A stretch of 64,000 nucleotides of DNA from an uncultured Acidobacteriota bacterium. GTDB lineage: Bacteria; Acidobacteriota; Thermoanaerobaculia; Multivoradales; JAHEKO01. The position numbers were made by a program, and so were the translations under genes. The stretch lies in contig CAVQNG010000003.1 in the NCBI GenBank assembly GCA_963713825.1, positions 672,001 to 736,000 of the forward strand, in the 5' to 3' direction. Every line of letters begins with the position of its first letter. Positions within the stretch are counted from its first letter, which is position 1. Shown piece by piece: positions 19,432 through 29,166 of the stretch. The notes under the pieces were generated by a model that ran no database searches, was not told the DNA's origin, and saw only the letters and a list, made by a program, of their open reading frames with translations.

Positions 19432-19926
19432 TCAGAGCCTAAGCAGCAGGATGAGGAGCAGGACAGATACCAGGCTCGCCAAGCCCGTCCTTATCGAGTT
19501 CCAGGTGTTCCATCGCACTTCGAAGTCTTGGCGGGCCGCCGCCTGCGCCGTCTCGTCCATGGCGTCGATCTCGAGAGCTTGCACTGAGTTGTTCAACGGA
19601 ACGTTGATGGTGACAGTCGGCACCTGAACGCCAAAAAGGTACACGAGAGCCGCCACGATGATGAGCAGACGCCCTGTTGCATCCAGTTGTCCGAAGCCAA
19701 GCGCGGCCGCAGCCAGCAAGGCGATCACCGAACCCATCCAGACCAAGAGAAATAGCGGCTGGTTGTTCTGGATGACCCGATCCATCACCTGGAAGGCTCG
19801 GAGAAACTCCCCGTCTCCCAGGTGCCCGATGCCAGGCATCACTACCACAGCGAACGCGAATACGAACCCTGCCACCAGGGAACATAGGAGGGTCGCCACA
19901 ATCAGAGTGAGCTGAAAAATCCCCAT
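19432..19926 (-). CDS. DUF1772 (anthrone oxygenase-like) membrane protein
   Basis: VAGFVFAFAVVVMPG, FQVMDRVI, TVTINVPLNN, FEVRWNTWNSIRT. Confidence 0.88.
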   Translation of the reverse strand: MGIFQLTLIVATLLCSLVAGFVFAFAVVVMPGIGHLGDGEFLRAFQVMDRVIQNNQPLFLLVWMGSVIALLAAAALGFGQLDATGRLLIIVAALVYLFGVQVPTVTINVPLNNSVQALEIDAMDETAQAAARQDFEVRWNTWNSIRTGLASLVSVLLLILLLRL

Positions 19927-20160
19927 TCTTTCGTCCTCCTCTCAGTGCAGAAGGTACTATTACATCATCACCTCACAACGGCTGTCGGCCCGCCTCTGGC
20001 CCAAATCGGTGACAGGCACGTCATTGGCCGAGGCGAGTGCGCTACCGTCCCTCAAGACGGAGAGCGGCTGCAGGGAAGCTCCAGCACCGGATGGGCCGAG
20101 ATCGAGATCTTGATAGCGCGTTGCCTCGACCAGGATCCGGGCCATGAGGCCGAGGGCTGT

Positions 20161-21879
20161 CTATTGGGTGGCCCAGAGGGGGATGGTGGACAGGTCGAGG
20201 CCCAGCAGGCGGGAGGAAACGAGAAAGAAGAGCGTCGCGATGACGACCACGCCAATCAAGTTGAGGAGCAATCCTGCCCGAACCATGTCACGAATCTCCA
20301 CCTCCCCCGACGCGAACACGATGGCGTTCGGCGGCGTAGCGATCGGCAGCATGAACGCACAGCTCGCCGACAAGGTCGCCGGCAGCATGAGCAATAGCGG
20401 ATGAACTCCCATGGCGGTAGCGGTGCCGGCGAGAATCGGCAGCAAGACCTCGGTGGTCGCGGTATTGGAGGTGACCTCGGTCAGAAAGGTCAGTAGCAGA
20501 CAGGTTGCAATCACCAAGAAGAATGGCGGCAGGCCACCGACCTGCCTGGCAAACGAGGCCGCGAAGTACTCCGCCAGCCCCGACTCCTTGAATGCCAGCG
20601 CCAGCGCGAAACCGCCGCCGAAGAGCAGGAGAATCCCCCACGGCAACTGAACGGCCGTGTCCCAGTCCATCAGGGCCGGGCGCCGACCATCCGGCTGCCG
20701 CTCTCCCGGTATCAGGAAGGTGAGCAGCGCCATGCCCATGGCGACGGTCGCGTCGTGAAGATGACCGGCTGCAAACCTGCCTGGCAGCCAGGCCTCGACA
20801 AGGCAGGCCCAACCCGGAATTCGGAAGGTCCCTAGATCGAGATCCCCGCGGGTGATCCACAGCAAAGCGGTGATGACGAAGATCCACAGCATGCGGCGCT
20901 CGGCGCCGCTCATGGTTCCCAACGCCCTGATCTCCTCAGCGATCACTCCCGGACCCGAGGAGCTCGAGCCTCTCGGAGCTCGACACCCGAAGAGGCGGAC
21001 AAGAAGAATCCAAGCGATGGGAAGAAGGACGATCACGACGGGTAGAATGGCGAAAAACCAGCTACCAAATGAGATGGTTGGCGCCTCAGGGAAGAGAATC
21101 TCCGAGATTCTCAGAAACGAGATGTTCGGCGGTGTTCCGATGGGAGTGGCCAGGCCACCGATCGAGGCGGAGTAGGCAATGCCGAGTAGCAGGGCTGGTG
21201 CAAAGCCCTTGCCGCGGTCCCCATCGACCTCGCGCAGCGATGCGACCACAGCCAGGGCGATGGGCAGCATCATGAGGCTAGTCGCCGTGTTCGAGATCCA
21301 CATCGACAGAAAGGCTGTCGCCACCATGAATCCAAGGACCATTCGGGACGGATTGGTACCGAAGATCTGAACGATGTGCAACGCAATGCGTCGGTGCAGG
21401 CCCCAGCGCTGGATTCCCAGAGCCAGGATGAAGCCACCCATAAACAAGAAGATGATCTCGCTGGCATAGTTGACGGCCGTTTGCTTGCTCGTCAGCACCC
21501 CAAAAACCGGGAACAGGACGAGCGGCAACAGAGAGGTGGCGGGGATGGGTATCGCTACCGTGATCCACCACGAGGCCATCAGGACCGCGGTTGCCAGAGT
21601 GGCCCGGGCCACACGTGGCATCTCGCTCAAGGCTGGCGCCAAGACCACCGCAGCGGCAACGCAGAGAAGCACGGCCGCAACGAGGACCGACTTCCGATGC
21701 TGGCGCCGATAGATCAGCAGCGCCAATGCAACCAGCACCATCGCGGGAACGGTCCACACGAGAGGGCGGGCCCAGGCAGCGGCGAGCCACGGCGCCAACA
21801 GGACGCCCGCAAACCCGCAGAGCCCAACCAGGAGCCCGACCGACTTGCCGAGGGGGTTTGGCTCCCCTATCCGTGCCAT
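20161..21879 (-). CDS. DASS/SLC13 sodium:dicarboxylate/sulfate symporter
   Basis: LSMWISNTAT and TEVTSNTAT (SNT motifs), TPIGTPPN, FMLPIATPPNA. Confidence 0.93.
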   Translation of the reverse strand: MARIGEPNPLGKSVGLLVGLCGFAGVLLAPWLAAAWARPLVWTVPAMVLVALALLIYRRQHRKSVLVAAVLLCVAAAVVLAPALSEMPRVARATLATAVLMASWWITVAIPIPATSLLPLVLFPVFGVLTSKQTAVNYASEIIFLFMGGFILALGIQRWGLHRRIALHIVQIFGTNPSRMVLGFMVATAFLSMWISNTATSLMMLPIALAVVASLREVDGDRGKGFAPALLLGIAYSASIGGLATPIGTPPNISFLRISEILFPEAPTISFGSWFFAILPVVIVLLPIAWILLVRLFGCRAPRGSSSSGPGVIAEEIRALGTMSGAERRMLWIFVITALLWITRGDLDLGTFRIPGWACLVEAWLPGRFAAGHLHDATVAMGMALLTFLIPGERQPDGRRPALMDWDTAVQLPWGILLLFGGGFALALAFKESGLAEYFAASFARQVGGLPPFFLVIATCLLLTFLTEVTSNTATTEVLLPILAGTATAMGVHPLLLMLPATLSASCAFMLPIATPPNAIVFASGEVEIRDMVRAGLLLNLIGVVVIATLFFLVSSRLLGLDLSTIPLWATQ

Positions 21880-21944
21880 GGACGAAGGATACTAGGTAAC
21901 TAACCAACCGCGGCCGTGCAATCGCCCCTAGGCAGCTCAGCCAA

Positions 21945-21979
21945 TTGACAGATCGCTAGTTTTTGAGTACTCTAAAACT
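21945..21979 (+). promoter_or_regulatory. Sigma70 promoter with overlapping DtxR/MntR-like palindromic operator
   Basis: TTGACA (21945-50), 17 nt, TACTCT (21968-73). Palindrome AGTTTTTGAGTACTCTAAAACT (21958-79) has one mismatched pair. Confidence 0.8.
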
Positions 21980-22021
21980 CGGCGCTTCGACACCGATTCA
22001 TTCAACGTCATCGAAACGATC

Positions 22022-23056
22022 ATGATCAATCCGTACCTCGCACTTCTGTGGGTGATCGGCCTGACCTTGCTGGCTGTCTACCTCCTGCGGCCCGATCGCG
22101 GCCTGCTCTGGAAGCTCCTTCGAGCCTCGAAGGCGACCGAGCGGGTGCTCATCGAAGATGCGCTCAAACACCTGTTCGACTGCGAGTACCGACAACAAGT
22201 GGGCACACTGCAAAGCCTGGCCGGCGTCTTGGCCATCTCGGGCAACCGCGCTGCCGAGCTCCTAGCGAGCCTCGAAGAGCAGGGGCTCGTCTCCTCCGGC
22301 GAAGGAGGCTACCTGCTGACCACCAAAGGCCGGCGACACGCTCTGCAGGTCATCCGCATCCACCGCCTCTGGGAGCGGTACTTCTCGGACGAGACCGGCT
22401 TGGAGCCCCGCGCCTGGCACCAGGAAGCCGAGTTTCGAGAGCACACCACGACTCCGGCCGAAGCGGAGGCCCTGGCCGCCAAAATGGGTGATCCCCCCTT
22501 CGATCCGCACGGCGACCCCATTCCCACGGCCACCGGCGAAATGCCGCCCCAGCAGGGCAGGGCGCTGACCGAGCTGCCGGTTGGGGAGCTGGCCGAGATC
22601 ATCCATATCGAGGATGAGCCCGAGGCGGTCTACGCTCAGCTGTTGGCCGAGGGCCTCCACCCTGGAATGAGGGTCCGAGTTAACGAATCGACGCCGCGGC
22701 GCATACGGTTCGAAGCCAACGCCGAAGAGATCGTCCTGGCACCGGTCCTGGCAGCAAATCTCTCGGTGGCTCCGTTGCCAGAAGAAGTCGAGATGCCAGG
22801 ACCCTTCGAGCGACTCTCGGGGCTGCCGTTGGGCGAGCAGGCTCGGGTCGTCGCCATCGCGCCAACACTGCGTGCCCCCGAGAGACGACGGATGCTGGAC
22901 CTCGGCCTGATACCGGGCACGGTCGTCGGAGCCGAGCTGCGCAGTCCCAGTGGTGATCCCACCGGATACCGCATTCGTGGCGCCGTCATCGCCTTGCGAC
23001 GAGACCAGGCCGACCAGATCCAGATCGAGCGGCTCGAGGCGGGCGCCACCTCATGA
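22022..23056 (+). CDS. DtxR/MntR-family metal-dependent regulator with N-terminal TM helix and two FeoA domains
   Basis: EDALKHL winged [28 protein letters not shown], and FeoA repeats LLAEGLHPG and [17 protein letters not shown]. Confidence 0.9.
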   Translation: MINPYLALLWVIGLTLLAVYLLRPDRGLLWKLLRASKATERVLIEDALKHLFDCEYRQQVGTLQSLAGVLAISGNRAAELLASLEEQGLVSSGEGGYLLTTKGRRHALQVIRIHRLWERYFSDETGLEPRAWHQEAEFREHTTTPAEAEALAAKMGDPPFDPHGDPIPTATGEMPPQQGRALTELPVGELAEIIHIEDEPEAVYAQLLAEGLHPGMRVRVNESTPRRIRFEANAEEIVLAPVLAANLSVAPLPEEVEMPGPFERLSGLPLGEQARVVAIAPTLRAPERRRMLDLGLIPGTVVGAELRSPSGDPTGYRIRGAVIALRRDQADQIQIERLEAGATS

Positions 23057-25311
23057 GCCACTCTCCTGCCGACTGCGCCACCTGCCCGGCCCATAACCTT
23101 CCCAACTTGGTGAAGCTGGGCGTGGACATGGAGAACTGGGACTACGTCGTGGCCTTGGCCGGCAATCCGAACACTGGCAAGAGCACGGTCTTCAACGCCC
23201 TGACCGGATTACGACAGCACACCGGCAACTGGCCCGGCAAGACGGTGGCACGAGCCGAAGGTGGCTTCTCGATCGGGGAAGCGCGCTACAAGCTCGTGGA
23301 TCTGCCCGGGACCTACTCTCTGCTGTCCACCAGCGTGGATGAAGAGATCGCCCGCGATTTCATTCTCTTCGGTAAGCCCGACGTCACGGTCATCGTGGTG
23401 GATGCGACCCGATTGGAGCGCAACCTGAACCTGGTGCTCCAGGTTCTGGAGATCACCGATCGTGCAGTCGTTTGCCTCAATTTGATGGATGAAGCAAGGC
23501 GCAAGGGGCTGGAGATCGACGACCGCCGACTGGCGCGCGATCTGGGGGTGCCTGTCGTTCCCACGTCGGCTCGGTATGGAGAGGGTCTCGAGGAGCTGAA
23601 CCGGGTCGTCGCAGAGATCGCCAGCGGCCAGCTGGTAGGCAAGCCCCGCAGGGTGGGTGGGCAGTCTTCCGCCCTCAAGAAGGCGGTGGGGCAGTTGACC
23701 AGGGAAGTCGAAAAGGCCTACCCCGGCCTGCCGAATGCGCAGTGGGTGGCACTGCGCCTGCTGGATGGTGACGCGAGAATTGCCGAGGCCTTCCGTACCG
23801 GCGAGCTCGGTGAGCTCCAGGAGCCGCATCTACTCTCGGAAATCGCGACCGGGGCTGCCCCGCAGCCAGCTTCCTTTCCGGACAACGCTCGACCTGACAC
23901 AGAAGAGATCTTCGCTCTAGCGGCGAGCCTTCGATGGCAGGTTGGCAAGGACTTTCACCAAGAGTTGATGGAGCTCATCTACACGGAGGCTGCCGGCTTG
24001 GCCGATCGGGCCGTTCATCGAACGGGTGAGAAGCCCCGCTTCGACCTGGACCGGGCGATCGACCGCCTGGTGACCAGTCGCGTTCTGGGCTTTCCCTTGA
24101 TGCTGGCTCTCCTTACCGGGGTGTTCTGGATCACGATTGCCGGTGCCAACGTACCGTCGAAGATGCTGGCAACCCTGTTTCTCGACAAGCTGCACCCTAT
24201 GCTGAAAACTGCAGCGACCGCCGTCGGAATGCCCTGGTGGCTCGACGGTCTCTTGATCGACGGGATGTACATGGCAACGGCCTGGGTCGTCAGCGTCATG
24301 CTGCCACCGATGGCGATCTTCTTTCCGCTGTTCACCCTGCTGGAGGATTTCGGCTATCTGCCGCGCGTCGCCTTCAATCTAGACAAGACCTTCAACCGGG
24401 TAGGGGCCCACGGCAAGCAAGCGCTGACCATGGCCATGGGCTGGGGCTGCAATGCCGCCGCCATCGTCTCGACCCGCATCATCGACAGCCCCAGAGAGCG
24501 GCTCATCGCGATCATTACCAACAATTTCGCGCTTTGTAACGGCCGCTGGCCAACCCAGATCCTGATTGCCTCGATCTTCATCGGCGGACTGGCGCCTGCC
24601 TATCTCGCCGGCCTCATCTCGGCCCTGGCGGTGGTCTCCGTCGCGGTCTTGGGAGTGGTCCTGACGTTCGCCACCTCCTGGCTGCTTTCCCGCACCGTTC
24701 TGCGCGGCGAGGTCTCCACGTTCAATCTGGAGCTTCCTCCCTACCGCCCCCCCCGTTTCTGGCAGACGATCTACACCTCGATGATCGATCGAACGCTGGT
24801 CGTACTCTGGCGCGCCGTGATCTTCGCCCTACCGGCCGGAGCCGTCATCTGGCTGCTCTCGAACATCCAGGTCTCCGGGACGAGCCTGGCGCAACACATC
24901 ATCGGAGCCATCGATCCCTTCGGCCTCGTCGTGGGGTTGAGCGGCATCATACTGCTGGCCTACATCATCGCGATTCCCGCCAACGAGATCGTCATCCCGA
25001 CCATTCTCATGCTCACCGTGTTGGTGACCGGCGTGGAGGGTGTCGGAGCCGGCACCGGGGTCATGTTCGAGCTCGACAGCCTGGAGGCTACGACCCGACT
25101 GCTCCAGGCCGGGGGATTCACCCTGCTCATGGCCGTCAACCTGATGCTCTTCAGCCTGGTCCATAATCCCTGCTCCACGACGCTCTACACCATCTACAGG
25201 GAAACCCGCAGCGCCAAATGGACCACGGTCTCGGCGCTCCTACCCCTCGGCATGGGCTTTGTGCTCTGCTTCGTCGTCACCCAGATCTGGCGTATCGTTG
25301 CCGGCTCCTGA
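23053..25311 (+). CDS. feoB: Ferrous iron transport protein B
   Basis: GNPNTGKS (G1), GNWPGKT (G2), DLPG (G3), NLMD (G4), gate motifs [27 protein letters not shown] overlap with the regulator gene. Confidence 0.95.
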   Translation: MSHSPADCATCPAHNLPNLVKLGVDMENWDYVVALAGNPNTGKSTVFNALTGLRQHTGNWPGKTVARAEGGFSIGEARYKLVDLPGTYSLLSTSVDEEIARDFILFGKPDVTVIVVDATRLERNLNLVLQVLEITDRAVVCLNLMDEARRKGLEIDDRRLARDLGVPVVPTSARYGEGLEELNRVVAEIASGQLVGKPRRVGGQSSALKKAVGQLTREVEKAYPGLPNAQWVALRLLDGDARIAEAFRTGELGELQEPHLLSEIATGAAPQPASFPDNARPDTEEIFALAASLRWQVGKDFHQELMELIYTEAAGLADRAVHRTGEKPRFDLDRAIDRLVTSRVLGFPLMLALLTGVFWITIAGANVPSKMLATLFLDKLHPMLKTAATAVGMPWWLDGLLIDGMYMATAWVVSVMLPPMAIFFPLFTLLEDFGYLPRVAFNLDKTFNRVGAHGKQALTMAMGWGCNAAAIVSTRIIDSPRERLIAIITNNFALCNGRWPTQILIASIFIGGLAPAYLAGLISALAVVSVAVLGVVLTFATSWLLSRTVLRGEVSTFNLELPPYRPPRFWQTIYTSMIDRTLVVLWRAVIFALPAGAVIWLLSNIQVSGTSLAQHIIGAIDPFGLVVGLSGIILLAYIIAIPANEIVIPTILMLTVLVTGVEGVGAGTGVMFELDSLEATTRLLQAGGFTLLMAVNLMLFSLVHNPCSTTLYTIYRETRSAKWTTVSALLPLGMGFVLCFVVTQIWRIVAGS

Positions 25312-25413
25312 CCCCCGCCCGGAGAGCCCCGACAGACTCTAGGACTCCACAAAGAAGGTCCAGGGGGGCGTGCTATTCTGATTTCGGTCGCACCCCCGAA
25401 TCCCACAGCCGAC

Positions 25414-27291
25414 GTGCGTATCGCCTTGAACAGCGAGACTCCAGCCACCAGCAATCTCACCCACTTGTCGCTGCGCCTGGCGACACTGCTGGGACTCGGC
25501 CTGACTCTAGCCCTGGCAACGGTCTGGGGCACGAAACCGCTGATTCACGACGATCTCTTCTTCCATCTGTCGACCGGCGACTTCGTCGTCGAGAACCACA
25601 GCGTTCCCACCACCGATTCCTTCTCCTTCACCCGCACGGGTGAGCCCTGGGTCAGTCACGAATGGGGCTTCGGCCTATTGGCCTACGGTGCCCATGCCTT
25701 GGGCGGGGACCGGGGGCTGGTTGTGCTCAAAGGCCTACTCGTCCTGACTATCGCGGTCCTGTTGTTCCTGCTCATGCTCCGGATGGCTGGTCGAGACCGC
25801 TCGAAGTTCGCCGTCTATCTCGTCCCCCTGCTGGCTCTTGGATTGTGGTCGATCGAGGATCAGTTGGTGCTGCGCCCCTCGCTCGTGAGCTGTCTGCTCC
25901 TGCTGGTGTTGCTTCACCTGCTTCTGACGTTCGATCGGGCCGCCAACGGGTGGGTCTTCGGCGGCATCGTCGGCCTGTTCCTGCTGTGGGGAAATCTGCA
26001 CAGCGAAGTGCTTTTCGGTCTCTTCGTGCTGGGCCTCATCATGCTGGAAGCCGTGCTGGGGAGACTGCCGGTGCTCGCAGGCTCATCCTGGGGGTCCTTG
26101 CTTCGAGCCTCGCCAGATAGGCCTTACGTACGGCTTTTCGGACTCTCGGCCCTTGCCACCCTGATCAATCCAAATGGTGTTCAGGTTCTGCTCTATCCCT
26201 TTCGCGTGGTGCGCTTTCTCTCCCTGGGCGGAATGGACCTCGAAATGGGCCATTTCACCGGCGCGACCCCCGAATCACAGCCCGCTTTCTTTCTGTTGCT
26301 CATCCTGCTTCTGGTGGCTCTCCTGCCGCTGCGCGAGCAGCTGCGCAAGGTCTCCCTGACCCAGGTCGCCGCGGTCGGCGTCTTTCTACTGCTCTCCTTG
26401 AGCTCTCACCGCTTCATCTTCTACTTCACCTTGCTGGCCCTGCCCACGATGGCCATGCTCTTCGAGCCGGCCATGCGATGGCTGGATAACTCGAAGCACT
26501 ACCGGCTGATTCGCAACGGCCTGCGCGCAGCGGTCCTGGTACTCGTAGGAGGTGCCCTCGTTACCAGTTGGCAAAGCATCCCTGAAGGGTCGTCGGTCTC
26601 GAGGCATTTCCCCGGCGGTGCCGTCCGCTTTCTCCAGGAGGAGGGGGTGAGTGGGAGGATTTTCAATCACCAGAACTACGGTGGATACCTTCACTGGACA
26701 CTGCAGAAACCCATCTTCTGGGATGGGCGGGCCCTTCTGTTCGAGCCGCTGATGCGTCGACTCCCCGGCACTCCTTTGGAGGAGGCCACCGCAGAATGGA
26801 ACCTCAGCCATCTCCTGATCACCGAGCACGAATTCAAGGACCTTGCCGTGCAGTTGACCAGGGATCGCTGGGGTCTCGTCTACTGGGACGACTTCGCAGC
26901 CCTCTATCTGCGACGGCTACCCCGATTCGAGGCCTTGCTCGAGAGTCGCGAGCTGACGGTCCTGCCACCCTTCGGTGGCGTGACGGGACTCAATCTGATC
27001 GCAAGAGACTCCACCGCGGCTGCGGCGGCACGGCGGGAGTTGGATCAGGTCCTCGCATTCGAGCCTCAGTCCCAAAGGGCCCTCTACCTCGAGGGGTTGA
27101 TCAGCTACTACCGCCAGGAGCTTTACCGGGCCGAGGAAGAGCTCGCGGCAGCAGCGGCCATCGGCCCGAACTCCTATGTCCTGTCCAGTCTGGCCGACGT
27201 CCTGGCGGAGACCGGCCGCGGCGAGGAGGCGACGCGCCTGCGGCGCCAAGCCATCGATGTCGATTCGAGCCCTGTTTCCAACAAGGAGTGA
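25414..27291 (+). CDS. Polytopic membrane protein, GT-C-like glycosyltransferase candidate with C-terminal TPR
   Basis: DDLFFHL..G..DSFSFT..PW..HEW first loop, WGNLHS, FNHQNYGGYL..FWDGR, and TPR-like helices at the end. Confidence 0.65.
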   Translation: MRIALNSETPATSNLTHLSLRLATLLGLGLTLALATVWGTKPLIHDDLFFHLSTGDFVVENHSVPTTDSFSFTRTGEPWVSHEWGFGLLAYGAHALGGDRGLVVLKGLLVLTIAVLLFLLMLRMAGRDRSKFAVYLVPLLALGLWSIEDQLVLRPSLVSCLLLLVLLHLLLTFDRAANGWVFGGIVGLFLLWGNLHSEVLFGLFVLGLIMLEAVLGRLPVLAGSSWGSLLRASPDRPYVRLFGLSALATLINPNGVQVLLYPFRVVRFLSLGGMDLEMGHFTGATPESQPAFFLLLILLLVALLPLREQLRKVSLTQVAAVGVFLLLSLSSHRFIFYFTLLALPTMAMLFEPAMRWLDNSKHYRLIRNGLRAAVLVLVGGALVTSWQSIPEGSSVSRHFPGGAVRFLQEEGVSGRIFNHQNYGGYLHWTLQKPIFWDGRALLFEPLMRRLPGTPLEEATAEWNLSHLLITEHEFKDLAVQLTRDRWGLVYWDDFAALYLRRLPRFEALLESRELTVLPPFGGVTGLNLIARDSTAAAAARRELDQVLAFEPQSQRALYLEGLISYYRQELYRAEEELAAAAAIGPNSYVLSSLADVLAETGRGEEATRLRRQAIDVDSSPVSNKE

Positions 27292-27294
27292 GCC

Positions 27295-27794
27295 ATGATG
27301 CGAATATTCTTTCTGGTGACCTTCGTAGCCAATATCGTGTTGACCCTGGTGTCGTGGGTGATCCTGCCCGACACCGTGGCGATCCACTTCCGGCACGATG
27401 GCATGCCCGATGGTTGGTCCCCTGTCTGGTTTCACGTTCTCATCTTCCTGGGAATGCAACTCGTCCTGTTCGTGACGATCTATCTCGGCTCCAAGCTCAA
27501 ACTCGGACTTCCTCGCGCTGGGCGAACCTGCCCAACAAGGACTACTGGCTGCGGGAAGAGAATCTGCCCAAGGCACAGGAGGTGGTCAGATCGACGATGC
27601 TGGAGTTCGGCACCGCCATGATGCTCTTTCTCTTCGTCGTCGGCATCCTGACGCTCAAAGCCAACCTCTCGGACCCCGTCAGGCTAAGCAACGAGTTCTT
27701 CTGGCCGAGCTTCGTCCTGTTCATGGCCTTCGTGGTCTATTGGTGCGCGAAGCTCCTCTTCCTGTTTCGGGTACCAAGAGAAGATCTCTCCTGA
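27295..27794 (+). CDS. DUF1648-family membrane protein (frameshifted)
   Basis: LPDTVAIHF..G.PDGW, continuing in a shifted frame NLPNKDYW..to the stop at 27794. Confidence 0.8.
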
Positions 27795-27859
27795 CGCCGA
27801 GATCGACCATCGGGTGCCCGAAGCCGCCCCGGCTGGCATCGCTGAATGACGGCTGGAGG

Positions 27860-28711
27860 TTACTGCGAGAACGGCCCCACAAGCTGCAGCGTCATTCGAC
27901 GCACGACCTGAGCGAGAGCGAAGCGACGGTACTCGGCGGTTGACCGCACGTCGTCAATGGGCCTGACAGCTTGCGCTGCCAGATGGCCGGCGAGGTCGGC
28001 GACTTCCGTCTTCGCGGTCCTGCCCACCATCGCCTCTTCGACCTCGGTCAACCGAACGGGAGTCTCCGCAACGCTGCCGGCCGCCAGCCGATACTCGGCA
28101 ATCACGCCTTCGCTGACGCTGGCCAGCAGGGCCACCACGACTTTGCTGATCGCCTGCGCTTCCCGCGTTCCCACCTTACGAAAGAACTGTGTCGCCCCGG
28201 CTGGGGGCTGCGGCAGTTCGACCCAACCGATGATCTCTCCGGGAGCTAGCGCGGTCTGCCGATACCCGAGATGAAAATTGCGATAGGGCACGGTGCGCCT
28301 GCCCTCTGGACCCACGAGGACGACCTGGGCATCCAGGACCAACAGCACCGGCAGTGAGTCTCCGGCCGGGCTGGCGTTGGCCATGTTGCCACCGAGACTG
28401 GCCCGGTTCTGGATCTGCCAACCGCCGATTCTGGACGCTGCCTCTGCCAGCGCCGGAAAGCTCTGTCGCACCTCTGGAGAATCACGGATTTCTGAGAAAG
28501 GAGTGACGGCTCCGATCTCCAGCACCCCGTTCCGCCATCGAATACCGCGCAGCTCCGCGATCCCCTGCAGGTCGACGACTCCCGGCAATTCGAGTCGCTC
28601 TTCCGGCTCGCTGACCATGAGATCCGTACAGCCTGCCAGCGGGCGAAGATTCGGCTGCTCCGCCAGCCGTTCCAGAGCCTCGTCCAGCGATCTCGGGGCA
28701 AAGGCCTTCAC
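27860..28711 (-). CDS. Xanthine dehydrogenase family FAD-binding subunit (CoxM/XdhB-like)
   Basis: LAGCTDL, QIQNRASLGGNMANASPAGD, PIDDVRSTAEYR. Confidence 0.93.
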   Translation of the reverse strand: MKAFAPRSLDEALERLAEQPNLRPLAGCTDLMVSEPEERLELPGVVDLQGIAELRGIRWRNGVLEIGAVTPFSEIRDSPEVRQSFPALAEAASRIGGWQIQNRASLGGNMANASPAGDSLPVLLVLDAQVVLVGPEGRRTVPYRNFHLGYRQTALAPGEIIGWVELPQPPAGATQFFRKVGTREAQAISKVVVALLASVSEGVIAEYRLAAGSVAETPVRLTEVEEAMVGRTAKTEVADLAGHLAAQAVRPIDDVRSTAEYRRFALAQVVRRMTLQLVGPFSQ

Positions 28712-29166
28712 TCTTCGTCCTCCGTCTCACGCGCGAAGGCCCGATGGATCCCTTCGTAGCCCGTGCACCGACAGAGATTCCCCGCCAGTGCCGCCTGCAC
28801 TTCCTGCCGGCTGGGATCAGGATTGTCGCGTAGCAGTGCCCATGCCGTGACAATGATGCCCGGGGTGCAAGCACCACACTGCACACCACCGTCGCTGACG
28901 AAGCCTTCGAGAAAGGCTTGGGCCTCGGGCGCAGCAAGACCCTCCACCGTTTCGATCGTCGCCTCGGCGCACTGGATCCGGGGGATGAGGCAGGAGAGCA
29001 CCGGTTCGCCGTTCATCAGCACCGTGCACGCCCCGCACTCGCCCTCGCCACAACCCTCCTTGGTGCCGATCAGATCGAGCTCGTCTCGTAGGATGTCCAA
29101 AAGACGTGCCATGGGGTGGCCCTCGACGACGATCGCCTCACCATTGACGACAAGCTCGGTCTTCAT
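28708..29166 (-). CDS. Xanthine dehydrogenase family [2Fe-2S] subunit (CoxS/XdhC-like)
   Basis: GCGEGECGACTV..SC, QCGACTPG, NLCRCTGY. Confidence 0.95.
   Translation of the reverse strand: MKTELVVNGEAIVVEGHPMARLLDILRDELDLIGTKEGCGEGECGACTVLMNGEPVLSCLIPRIQCAEATIETVEGLAAPEAQAFLEGFVSDGGVQCGACTPGIIVTAWALLRDNPDPSRQEVQAALAGNLCRCTGYEGIHRAFARETEDEE

Noticed and set aside
20085-20150. Ser/Thr kinase subdomain XI-like peptide (EILIARCLDQDP) on the plus strand
   Set aside because: Too short, lacks the invariant Arg and any other kinase motif. At most a tiny remnant.
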